Source: Wolbachia endosymbiont of Drosophila innubila
GTDB taxonomy: Bacteria > Pseudomonadota > Alphaproteobacteria > Rickettsiales > Anaplasmataceae
Reading direction: 5' to 3'
DNA: 32,000 nucleotides
Assembly (NCBI RefSeq): GCF_021378375.1
Contig: NZ_CP076228.1
Coordinates: 630,001-662,000 of the forward strand
Of this stretch, positions 1-10,799 are shown piece after piece. The notes below the pieces were generated by a model. That model had not been told where the DNA came from. It worked only from the letters and a program-made list of their open reading frames with translations, and did not search any database. The translations under genes and the position numbers were made by a program. The stretch's first letter is position 1. Each line of letters opens with the position of its first letter.

Positions 1-949
1 AATACTTCGCTTGGGCACCTCTCATAACCTTATTCGTTTTGATTCTTCCATTAACTCATCAGCATCGATGGTGGCCCTTATAGTTAAATTCAGCTTTACT
101 CATATTGTTTCTCCTATCTATAAATTCAGAATATGTTATCACTTCATCAGCAAGTCAATCTCTATTGCTTTCTCACCAAAATATAGCCCTGCTTCCGTTG
201 ATTTGATTTTTTTTTGCTACAAGCTCGACGAAATAGATTCCTATTTCTTTGCGGCTCATGCGGAAAGAGGTTGTTCGACAAAATTCCGGCATATTCCCTC
301 TTTATATCGCCCAGGGCGGGATGTTGTGAGTAAATCATACTCCTTCATCCTTCTGTCCCTGTGCTTAAGCAAAAGTCCTCCACATCTTCTTGGCTGATTC
401 TATCATTTTTCGTTAGCAGCGCCTATGTAACAACCTATAAAAACCCTGAGGTGTCTGTAATTATATGCCTTTTCTACCCTTTACTTTTTTTTACTTCCAT
501 CATGGCTTTTGATCCCCTTTTCTGTAGTCTTTACAGATTGACTATCTACTATACAGGCACTCGGCTGCTCATTCTTTCCTATTTTTCTTCTACTATATTT
601 TTGTAATTTCATAATTCATTTTCTCAAAAATTCCCTGCTTCTTCCATTGCCTGAACTGCTCATACACAGTCTTCCATAGCGGAAAATCATTTGGTAAATA
701 CTATAGAACCAACTTTTCAATACATTCATCAGCAGACCAATTGTTTTGCAACAATATCCAACCGAGAAACTCCTGCTTTAACCAAACCAGCAATTTTTTT
801 TTTTCTGATTTTTACTTTTTTTTTTGACTAATTTTGGATAAATTTACAAAAACATCCTACGTAACTCTGGGATCATTAATCTTTTTATATTCTAGCACTA
901 GATTTAATATTTCTCGGCCTCATTTTTAAAGCCGATTTTTCTCCTTTGA

Positions 950-1170
950 TGCAATGAGATCGGTGGTAATACCCACTGACAATGCACCTGCTATAGCGTA
1001 CAACCTTTTGATTGAAATTCTACGATTCCCTTTCTCATATTGCAGTATTACCCAGTATTTTTACACCAGCTAAATCTTTCTGAGTATACCCCCTCTCTAA
1101 CCTCCAATCTTTTTCACTTTTTTCCCTACTTCATAGTCTAGAATTTTTCCACGCAAAGAACCATACATAT
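950..1170 (-). pseudogene. Remnant of XRE-family HTH transcriptional regulator
   Basis: Minus-strand fragments '(G)YTQKDLAG...' and 'ILQYEKGNRRISIKRLYAIAGALSVGITT' match the XRE/Cro HTH pattern; the two parts are in different frames. Confidence 0.65.
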
Positions 1171-3544
1171 AATATTTTCTACTATAGCTCAAAGGGCTCC
1201 AGATATAATAGCCAGACTCTGAACCTTTAAATTGATGAATTAAAGTGCCCTACAAGTTTCTTTACTATTTTTCACGTACTTTGTCTGCCCATGAAAACAA
1301 TTTTTTCACTTACTTCCCTTCTGCTTTTCAATCCATATGTTGCACCTAGTGAAATTACCTCTCTACTGCTTCTTTAAGTTTACTCCTCAAAGAGACAGTT
1401 TTTCCTATTTCTTCTCTTTTTTTGTAATTCAGCCCACATTTCCTTGTTTTCTACTCTCAATTGTACTTGATCATATTTTTTACATCGTGGTACAATATAA
1501 TATTTAGCTTACCAATGCTTGTAGGGAAATTCTAATATAATAGAGCTTTCATCTGACATATCGATATAGTTTCTTATACCTTCTTCCTTTCTCACTTTTA
1601 ACCTCAACTGCATCATTTGCCAATTTTTAAAATATTACTTCCCAATTTACTTCAGTATTTTGGCTACCTCTACCTTGCTATCATCAGAAAAATTCTATAT
1701 ACGATGTTGTTGTATCTATCTCAACATCTATTAATTCTCTTCTTGCACAGCACTCACCAGCCTCTAGTTCTTCCCCAGTCTCTATCTATCTGTGGCTGAA
1801 CTTCACGCTGTAGCTCATTATAGATTTCACCTATTAGTTTATTCTGCAATAAAAGTATCATGAAAATCTGCACCACTTAGCATTAATTTGACGCATTATC
1901 TTTTTTCGATCAGTCTTATCAAATTTATGAAAATGCACCAATACTACATACTCTGCAATGCTCCATTCCCCATCGTTATATGCATTTATTCTTGCTCAAG
2001 AGGCTAGTACTTGGTCTATAAGTTTTGTTGCAATTCATTTATGTTCTTTGCCTCTACCACAGCACTCTTAAACCAGCTCAACTTTTCACTTTCGCTTGCA
2101 CTTGGCTTTATTTTTTGCAAAGATGAAGCAAATGGGTTTAACATTTCCGGATAATCTGCTTGATCGCTCACAGGTTTTGTGCCATATATGTAATCAAGTC
2201 CTTTTCCGTAGTTGATTTTGTTTTCGCGAACGTTTTTGTAGGAAAAGGCACCTCTCCAAGCTTTTAGCCTTATTAATTTTGCTTACAAAAGCTATTACAA
2301 CTAAGACCACTTAATATTCCCGACTTATCGCTTGTAGAAGTGAGTTGCTGGCTAGTACGACCAATTCCTACAATAGCATTTAACATCTCACCTTTTGATA
2401 ATTTATCAAGATCAACGTTTAACTCATAGATGCCTCCTTCCTTATCACCAAAAAGGTACAATTATTTTATTAACCATATTAGCCTCCGCTATTAAATATA
2501 CTTTCTAAGTGTATAACGAACTTTATTACTCAGTTGTTATACACTATATTACTTATTATAAATTATAGTGGTAAAGATTTGCAAATATTTTCTTCCATAA
2601 CAATCCACTTTCTTAAAACTAAAATAGCCCCAATTTTGTGATGATAATGGTCAAAACAATTTAACGCTTACTAGGCTCTTTTGTTACTGGCGATCTTCTT
2701 TTGACGGCTCTAAACTTCCTCCAGGGTTGGTTGTGTGACATTATTATTAATGTTGCATTTTTATTAATGCTTTTCTTATAATCTCCTTTCACCTCAATAT
2801 GTACACCGATTTGCTTTTTCCATTTCACCAATTTTACGTTCAAGTACTTCACTTTCAGTCTCTTTGTAAGTCCTCATTATTGGCTCTCCTGAGCTTTCTC
2901 TCAAAGCAACTTCTATGTTTCCTTAACACACATACAATCATTGCTACTGCAGAATCGCTACCCTTCTATAACTTCTCAGGATCATCCATTTCTCTACCTA
3001 AAAATCCTTCCTACTCCTGCATGCACTGTGATTTTAGCAATTCCCTGAGCTTGTGGCCTTCATGTACTGCACTTAGAAATGTTTCCATTATTTCAATGAT
3101 CAAGTAGAGCTTTGCCTTTGCTTCATCATTCCTGGAATTTATTTTTCTTTACTTTTATTATTCATATAATTTACCCCTTCACTAACAACAAACTTTTCTT
3201 AGATATTTACTGCTGTTTTCTTATCAGCATTGGCATAAAGCCATAGCTTTTTGCGTGAAGTCAAATCAATTTTAAATCTTTTACATCAAAAAAAAAAGAT
3301 AATATATAACTATTTTTATTTTAAACTTGTTGAATTTCTGTCCAAAAGAGAGGGGCCCTGTTATTTGCAAAATAATATCGGTAGAAATTCCTTTTTAACT
3401 AAATCTTTTGCAATTTTCATCTTTCGTTTTCACTTTCTTTTCAATTTGTATGCTTTTCACAGAGATTTTATTAGCACATACTGCAATTTTGACTCTCAAT
3501 TTCTTTTGTATCAATTAAATTCGGTAATTCATTTTCCACTTTAT

Positions 3545-3900
3545 CATCTGCATCCTCTGTTAGTTCAAGTAGGTCCATGATATTAATCGATAATGTTTCC
3601 GCTATTGCATACAATTTTCCAGTGGAATAGCCACACGTCCTTGTTCATAGTTGCTTATTTCGTCACGTGTTGTACTCATTTTCTTGCTAAATCTTTTGAG
3701 TATACCCTCCTCACACTATCCTCCACTCTTATCTTCTTTTCCTATTTTGCAATTTCTCAATCGAAATTTTTTCGTGTTCCTTTTTCATATTGTAGTACTA
3801 TTTGATATGTTACGCCGATTTTCCCGCCAAATCTTTTGAGTATATCTCTTCGCTAATCTACGATTTCTTACCCTGTCCTATTGCTTTGTAGTCTAAAAGC
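3545..3900 (-). pseudogene. Remnant of double-HTH XRE-type regulator
   Basis: HTH 1: 'SKDLAGKIGVTYQIVLQYEKGTRK' (about 3745-3850). HTH 2: 'MSTTRDEISNYEQGRVAIPLEN' then frameshift to 'YAIAETLSINIMDLLELTE' (about 3560-3700). Several frameshifts. Confidence 0.7.
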
Positions 3901-3994
3901 TAGAGCAGTTATTCTTCTTTTCTCACATCTTATACTTCATAATCAGAAGAACTATTACGTATACTTAATTGGGAACCTTTTTGACAAACTGAAT

Positions 3995-5177
3995 TCATCT
4001 CCTTTCAAACAATTTTTCTATATCACTTAGTTTCATTTCTATGTAAGTTGGTCTTCCATGGTTGCATTGCCCAGCATACGGTGTTTCTTCCATTCGTCTC
4101 AGTAGCTCATTCATTTCCTCTAACTTCATTTTTCTCCTGCTCGAATCGATCCATGACGCGACCGTGGCCAGCATTTTGTTCACCTTATCCTCTATTGGCA
4201 ACATATCTTCCATTTCTGTTAATCTATCTACTACTTCAATTAGCATCTTTTTATATCTATTGTTCCAAGATTGCAGGTATTTTCTTTCACCCTTACTTTA
4301 TCTTCTGATTCTATTTCAATGCAAAACCCATTTCAAAAGCTTATCTTTATACATTTCAACCATCTCCATTCCTGCTTGGTTTTAATCTCAACTATTTCAG
4401 GAAGAAGAAGCTTTTGCCTTTTATGCTTGATTTTTGTTTTAAGCACTCATAGATCAACCTCTCATGGGCTTGCGTGCTGGTCTACTATAATTAATTTGCC
4501 TTTAGCCTCAGCAATAATGTAAGTATTGTAGACCTGACAGCGTGCATATCCTAGAGGATAATCCTCTATAAAATCAATTTGCTCCTTTCTAGGGCAATAG
4601 TCTCCGCTTGTAGTAGGAATCTCTGTGTATCAGTATAGTCAAAATGATTCTGACCGTTCTGATAAGCCTTTTTCTCCTGCATTTGGCAAGTTGAATTCTT
4701 TCATTAGCTGATTCTCAAAAAGGACTTGGCCTCCTTCCGTAAAATTCTTTTTGACCCTTTACTTCTCTGCTTTTTCCATTATTACACACTCATTATTCCT
4801 TTGACTTTCACTAACATCAAAAGGTGAACCACTCAGTTCTTCTCCAATACCTTGACACCCCTAGATTCATTAATATCACTCACTGAAGAGGTACCCTATT
4901 CTCATTAACAACGCTTTTATTATCCCTCTTCTCACTATTTCATATTAACCTTTTATTCTGAAATCTTACTTGATTTATTTGGATGCACATTTACATCTAA
5001 TACTTGATCGTATGGTATACCTAAGTGCAGCACTGCCAAAAGGATACCTCCCACTTGAATAAAAATCTTGATACGCATATCGAATTGCACCAATAACGTA
5101 GATTATCCTTGATTGGCCTTCCATTAACAAACGTATAGATCTGAGGTTGACTTACCGCGGTTGATAGTTGGTTTGAA
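3995..5177 (-). pseudogene. mutL: DNA mismatch repair protein MutL remnant (middle and C-terminal parts; N-terminal ATPase part not found)
   Basis: Minus-strand motifs in order: 'YTFVNGRPIKDN' (about 5100-5135), 'GIPYDQVLDVNVHPNK' (about 4975-5025), '[34 protein letters not shown]' then frameshift 'AHERLIYE' (about 4430-4575), and '[32 protein letters not shown]' (ORF 3995..4246). All are MutL hallmarks, spread over several frames. Confidence 0.85.
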
Positions 5178-6737
5178 GTGCGACCTTGAAAGCCTTCGGT
5201 CATATTGTTTATTAAGGAGAGGAATTCATTCAGAAAGAAACTGAAAGGATTCTTAAAGCTTATTGAGCCAGATGTTTTGCCATCACTGGAGTTCACGCAT
5301 CAGTGCCGAATTGGGTAACCAGTTGACTCCGAAGCATGGAACCAGTTACCCTGGAAGAAATGCCAAAAAGTTGTTATGAGGCTACAGAGGCGTATTGTTA
5401 AGGCTGTCCAACAAGGCAGATGGGGTAAGGTGAAAACTTTACAACACCTTCTGCAACACAAAATTTCAAGGAATAAAGCTATTAAAACAAAGAGGATACA
5501 AACCTTCTCCGCTAAAACGGATATACATCAGTAAGTCTAATGGCAAAAGAAGACCTCTTGAATCCCTACGATAAAAGATAGAGCCATGCAAGCATTATAC
5601 TTGTTTGCTTTGGAACCGATAGCTGAAACGATCAGTGATCGTCACTCTTATGGTTTTAGACCAAAAGATCCTGCGCAGACGCTACTGTGGCTTGCCACTT
5701 GTTACTGGCAAGCCGTAACCAACTACAATGGATACTCGAAGGTGATATTAAAGGGTGTTTTGATAACATTAACCATGAATGGCTCATGAAGCATATTCCT
5801 ATGGAGAAGAAAATTCTTCATAGCTGGTTAAAAAGCTGGCTTCCTAGAATCAAAAACTCTGTATTCCACAACTGCAGGTACCCCACAAGGTAGTATCATC
5901 TCTCCAATACTAGCAAATCTAGCCCTAAATGGACTTGAAAAATCATTGGAAAGTCAATTTGGTAAACTTGGCAGTAAAAGAAGAAGCAAAATCAGAAGTG
6001 GAGTAAATGTAATCAGGTACGCAGATGACTTTATCATTTCAGGAATCACACGTGAAGTACTGGAAAATGAAGTAAAACCTCTAGTATCGTCCTTTCTTCA
6101 GGAGAGAGGTCTTATCCTTTCCGAAGAGAAAACAAAAATTACATCTATTACAACAGGGTTTGACTTTCTTGGTTGTAATGTACGCAGGTATAATAAGAAG
6201 TTAATTATAAAACCTTCAAAAGAAAGTATTAAGAAACTTCTTAATAAAGCACGTACATTGATAAAGGCAAACATAGCGAACACTCAGGCCGTACTAATCA
6301 AGTTGCTCAATTCCCTATTAAGGGGATGGGAAAATTACTACAGCCATGTGTGTGCGAAAAGAGCTTTTAACAAAATAGACCATGAAATTATGTGTGCTCT
6401 ATGGAAATGGGCAAAGAAAAGACATCCTCGTAAAGGATTACGTTGGATAAAGAATCGTTACTTCAAGGTAATGAAACAACGCCAATGGGTCTTTGCTGCA
6501 CCCATATGCAAGAACAAACCGAAAGAGATAAGGTATTTAAGACTGCTTAGGTTGATTGATATACCTATCAGACGACATGTTAAAATCAGGGCGGATGCAA
6601 ATCCACTTGACTTAAAATGGAAAAAGTATTTTGATGAAAGAGTGAAACAAACAAAAATGTTAGCAAGCTCTTTCTCAAGAGAAGGTTCTCTGCTGTTGGT
6701 GTCACCATTAAGAATGATGTTTTCTGAGGAATCATGA
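5178..6737 (+). mobile_element. Degenerate group II intron fragment (5' end to the reverse transcriptase/maturase ORF)
   Basis: GTGCG at 5178-5182 fits a group II 5' end and sits exactly where MutL similarity on the other strand stops. Followed by a group II RT coding remnant. No convincing domain V or 3' end before the TPR array at about 6760. Confidence 0.65.
5333..6737 (+). pseudogene. Group II intron reverse transcriptase/maturase, frameshifted, with an internal deletion
   Basis: 'AWNQLPWKKCQKVVMRLQRRIVKAVQQGRWGKVKTLQHLL', then 'YKPSPLKRIYISKSNGKRRPL', 'IPTIKDRAMQALYLFALEPIAETISDRHSYGFRP', 'GTPQGSIISPILANLALNGLE', 'VNVIRYADDFIISG', 'GFDFLGCNVRRY' and 'LLRGWENYYSHVCAKRAF'. Reading needs several frame changes. 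The segment normally linking the N-terminal part to 'YKPSPL' is missing. Confidence 0.9.
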
Positions 6738-6744
6738 AGGACAA

Positions 6745-8372
6745 GCCGGTTCGACTAACCAATTCCTTAGCTTCTTCACACAACTTTATAGCTTCTCCAT
6801 AAAGAAGAATTCTCTCATTAGGACCATTAGTAGCATTACCTAGATTATGCTTAGCTTTACCTAAAGCCAGTAAAATATCAGGATCTTCGAGATGCAATTC
6901 CTTAGCTTCTTCATACAACTTTATAGCTTCTCCATAAAGAAGAATTTTCATTAGAACCATTAGTAGCAATACCTAGATTACGCTTAGCTTTACCTAAAGC
7001 CAGTAAAATATCAGGATCTTCGACGCAATCCCTTAGCTTCTTCATACAACTTTATAGCTTCTTCATAAAGAAGAATTCTCTCATTAGAACCATTAGTAGC
7101 AATACCTAGATTATGCTTAGCTTTACCTAAAAGCCAGTAAAATATCAGGATCTTCGGACGCAATTCCTTAGCTTCTTCATACAACTTTATAGCTTCTTCA
7201 TAAGGAAGAATTTTCTCATTAGAACCATTAGTAGCAATACCTAGATTATGCTTAGCTTTACCTAAAGCCAGTAAAATATCAGGATCTTCGGGACGCAATT
7301 CTTAGCTTCTTCATACAACTTTATAGCTTCTTCATAAAGAAGAATTTTCTCATTAGAACCATTAGTAGCAATACCTAGATTACGCTTAGCTTTACCTAAA
7401 GCCAGTAAAATATCAGGATCTTCGGGACGCAATCCCTTAGCTTCTTCATAAACTTTATAGCTTCTTCATAAAGAAGAATTCTCTCATTAGAACCATTAGT
7501 AGCAATACCTAGATTATGCTTAGCTTTACCTAAAGCCAGTAAAAATATTTGGATCTTCGGGACGCAATTCCTTAGCTTCTTCATACAACTTTATAGCTTC
7601 TTCATAAGGAAGAATTTTCTCATTAGAACCATTAGTAGCAATACCTAGATTATGCTTAGCTTTACCTAAAGCCAGTAAAATATCAGGATCTTCGGGACGC
7701 AATTCCTTAGCTTCTTCATACAACTTTATAGCTTCTCCATAAAGAAGAATTTTCTCATTAGAATCATTAGTAGCATTACCTAGATTATGCTTAGCTTTAC
7801 CTAAAGCCAGTAAAATATCAGGATCTTCGAGATGCAATTCCTTAGCTTCTTCATACAACTTTATAGCTTCTCCATAAAGAAGAATTTTCATTAGAACCAT
7901 TAGTAGCAATACCTAGATTACGCTTAGCTTTACCTAAAGCCAGTAAAATATCAGGATCTTCGGGGACGCAATCCCTTAGCTTCTTCATACAACTTTATAG
8001 CTTCTTCATAAAGAAGAATTCTCTCATTAGAACCATTAGTAGCAATACCTAGATTATTCTTAGCTTTACCTAAAGCCAGTAAAACATCAGGATCTTCGGG
8101 ACGCAATTCCTTAGCTTCATACAACTTTATAAGCTTCTCCATAAAGAAGAATTCTCTCATTCGGATCCTTAGCTTCAACACCAAGATTAAAATAAACTTG
8201 ACTTAGAAAAATTCATAGAGCTATCTCACCTAGATAAGAAGAAATCTCTTGTAGCAGTTCCTTTCTATCTTTTAAAGACTTGCTTATCAGACTAAGAATA
8301 GATTCTAAATCTTTTCCTTCAACAGCTTTTAATTGTGAAGATAACGTATCGTGGTGTTGCACCTTCGCCATT
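6745..8372 (-). pseudogene. Tetratricopeptide-repeat (TPR) protein, multiply frameshifted
   Basis: Repeating unit 'NERILLYEEAIKLYEEAKELRPEDPDILLALGKAKHNLGIATNGS' in ORFs 6586..6969, 7011..7298, 7396..7584, 7526..7909 and 7951..8184 in alternating frames. The N-terminal part 'MAKVQHHDTLSSQLKAVEGKDLESILSLISKSLKDRKELLQEISSYLGEIA' starts near 8372. Confidence 0.8.
6760..8170. repeat. Tandem repeat array, ~135-bp unit, about 10.5 copies, encoding 45-aa TPR-like units
   Basis: 'ttccttagcttcttcatacaactttatagcttct' recurs about every 135 bp (near 6761, 6896, 7030, 7167, 7300, 7435, 7570, 7705, 7840, 7975, 8110). Confidence 0.92.
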
Positions 8373-9896
8373 AATAATAATTTGTAAAATTTCTATTGCC
8401 TTCATTAACGTGTTCCTGGTTCTTTTAGACATATTCTGGTAATGTCTTCATGTTCTGAATTATTAAGATATCCTTTCCAGCTGCTTCGCAGCTTCTTTCA
8501 AAACTACCATGATGTTTAGCTCAAACGCAGCCACTACAACCTTTTTTCTAAATCATATAATCAAATCTGTCGATCACCTAGTATATTGCTTTCTGATGAA
8601 ACCAGATAGTTACTCTTATTTAATAATAAATAGACCTTGAATTAACGCTTTAAGGCCTTGGCTTCGTTTGTTTATCCACTGTAATAGTGTTTTGCTGTTC
8701 TATACGACGACTATCATGTAGTCAATTGATTGTACAGTTTCTTGTAATTTATTGCATATTTCCTCTATGGATTGGTATTGCCCTCTGTGAATTGACCCAA
8801 CTTTTCCTTATCAATGGTGTTAAACCATTTGTGTATTACATGCTCGAACACTTCCCATCTACCCCCTCGTTTAGGCTAATATCAGCTCTAATCTTTCGGC
8901 AATTACTCGGATCTGTTTACTACTATATCAACTTTTAACACAAAATTAACACTATGGCTAGTTAAATTAGAAATATATAATTTTCTCCTGAATTGCGGGT
9001 TTCTTTTCTTGGAACATCAACGATATTTAACATGATAGCTTTATTACTCCTATTCATCTTAAGAAGAAGTGTGACACCCCCATTACTTTGACAAACCGAA
9101 GCGTACATACTTAACGTCCTAATATCTTTCCTTAATTATGATCTTTAAGTAAGTGCGATTTGCCAATATAACCGACTGGAAGGAATAGTGATTTTGCTTC
9201 TCACAGTTAGAAATAGAATAACATGTAAGACTTTCTGCTGATTTCTTAAGGATGTAGTGGGAACTCTCTTTGCCTTTTCAGCCCGTAGACTTCATAAAAG
9301 AATTTTGTAATGATACTCCCCGGCCCAATAACTCTCCCTTCTCGTATACTAACACTGCCCCTGTATCATGAAGAAAGCTTATACATGCTACTATGATATT
9401 TTGCTTCTCAGATCTTAAAATGGCAGGATGATAAAATAGCCCTTGTCTTACTACTTGCTTTCTGGGTCCATCGGGACTTATATCTCTCGATTTGAACTCA
9501 GCAATCACTGAAATCGCCTCAGAATCTTTTTACGTAGAAACAGTATTAAATCCGCATATCCTCGACCAGCTGTAGGCCCAATGTAATAACTCACATATAT
9601 CTTTTACAACATAACATTAGACACCACAAGCTAAAAGCCGTGCTGTGCCGCTTCTGTTTTATATCTTCGGGATTCATATCAATTTTACGATATAACCCCC
9701 CAAGACACTTAAATAGTTTCTCTACTCTTCAACATCTTGAACCTCTCTACCACCAGGCTCTTCCTGCCCTTTAAGATTTCTCCCAGTAAATTTGGTTGAT
9801 CGTGACCAACTTCACCAACATTCTAACTCATTTGACCCATCCTTCAAATTCAAATTTAGCTTCACCATCAAACATTTAACAAACAAAAATCCACTG

Positions 9897-10225
9897 TTAA
9901 ATTTGTAAAATCAAAATCCCATTGTGCTGCACTAACAACTTCACCCCACAAATTAGTGTAAGGCAAAAGCAGCAACTCCACCAATAAGAGAATAAAGAAA
10001 AACAACGACTTACTAGTAGAGTTAACCTTAGGAATTGTTTTTGCCGTTCCTCATTTTCCCCCTTCACAGGATTAAGAGCCCTTTCTAGTTCATTGTAGAT
10101 AACATTATCTTCTTCATCCTTTTTCCGGTATGTTCGACGCGGCTTGCGATTTATCACGTTGTTTCTCAGGTAAATTAAACCACTCTAAAAAACTTTCAAC
10201 TACTTCCTGCTTTTCCATCTCGCAT
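9897..10225 (-). pseudogene. Small hypothetical protein gene, frameshifted, possible C-terminal TM segment
   Basis: Minus-strand 'MEKQEVVESFLEWFNLPEKQRDKSQ' followed in another frame by 'INRKPRRTYRKKDEEDNVIYNELERALNPVKGENEERQKQ' and a hydrophobic tail. Confidence 0.4.
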
Positions 10226-10299
10226 ACCACTAACTTACCAAAAATGAGCGCAACTATTCAAGATGATATCAGTTATTTCTTCTACATTATCAAGTAACA

Positions 10300-10617
10300 T
10301 CAATTCTCGTGATTTGTTGATTTTTCCTGATTTTGAGGAAAACACAAATTCACAAATTCATCAACCAATTCCTCGCTACCTTGAACAATAAGACTAACAC
10401 AAATACCGCACCCCTTAGAAGAGAATAACTCTTCCATTAATCTCTTTCTTTTTTCCTCATCAGGAAGGCATTTTTCAATAATAAGTTTTAAATCCAATCT
10501 ATCCTTTCCATTCCAAGAAGTTACTAATGAGTAAATATTATTCCTAATATAAAAAATTATAGCTTGCTTTTCTTCAAGGGTAAAAAGAATCGAAAAGTCT
10601 TTTAATGTTATCTTCAC
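10300..10617 (-). CDS. Hypothetical protein (105 aa), GTG start overlapping the upstream ORF stop
   Basis: Open reading frame with charged and hydrophobic pattern typical of a folded helical protein; overlaps the stop of ORF 10614..10799. Confidence 0.4.
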   Translation of the reverse strand: MKITLKDFSILFTLEEKQAIIFYIRNNIYSLVTSWNGKDRLDLKLIIEKCLPDEEKRKRLMEELFSSKGCGICVSLIVQGSEELVDEFVNLCFPQNQEKSTNHEN

Positions 10618-10799
10618 TTAGTTGAAATAAAACAGTAAAACATTTTTTTTTCTAATCCGTTAATACGCTGCAAACCCTTATCTTCTTTGAGATCTAAAAA
10701 TCCTATAAAAAGTTGCTCATCCTCTTTTGCAGCAATGTCCAACAACAGACGCTGATAATCGCGCTGTAACAGATCATCAGGCACTTCCTCCAAAAACAA
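10614..10799 (-). CDS. Hypothetical protein (61 aa), possibly a fragment of a larger gene
   Basis: ORF 'MFLEEVPDDLLQRDYQRLLLDIAAKEDEQLFIGFLDLKEDKGLQ...'; overlaps the start of the next ORF. Confidence 0.35.
   Translation of the reverse strand: MFLEEVPDDLLQRDYQRLLLDIAAKEDEQLFIGFLDLKEDKGLQRINGLEKKMFYCFISTK

Noticed and set aside
11-4522. Plus-strand ORFs 11..397, 361..606, 3251..3580, 4048..4308 and 4271..4522
   Set aside because: AT-rich, Phe/Ser/Leu-rich translations without domain features; where interpretable, the coding signal (XRE HTH, MutL) is on the minus strand.
6760-8170. CRISPR-like array
   Set aside because: The ~135-bp tandem units are contiguous with no unique spacers and encode TPR-like peptides, so this is a coding tandem repeat and not a CRISPR.
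9278-9508. Minus-strand ORF 'MIAEFKSRDISPDGPRKQVVRQGLFYHPAILRSEKQNIIVACISFLHDTG...'
   Set aside because: It looks protein-like and may be part of a decayed gene, but no family could be named and boundaries could not be supported.
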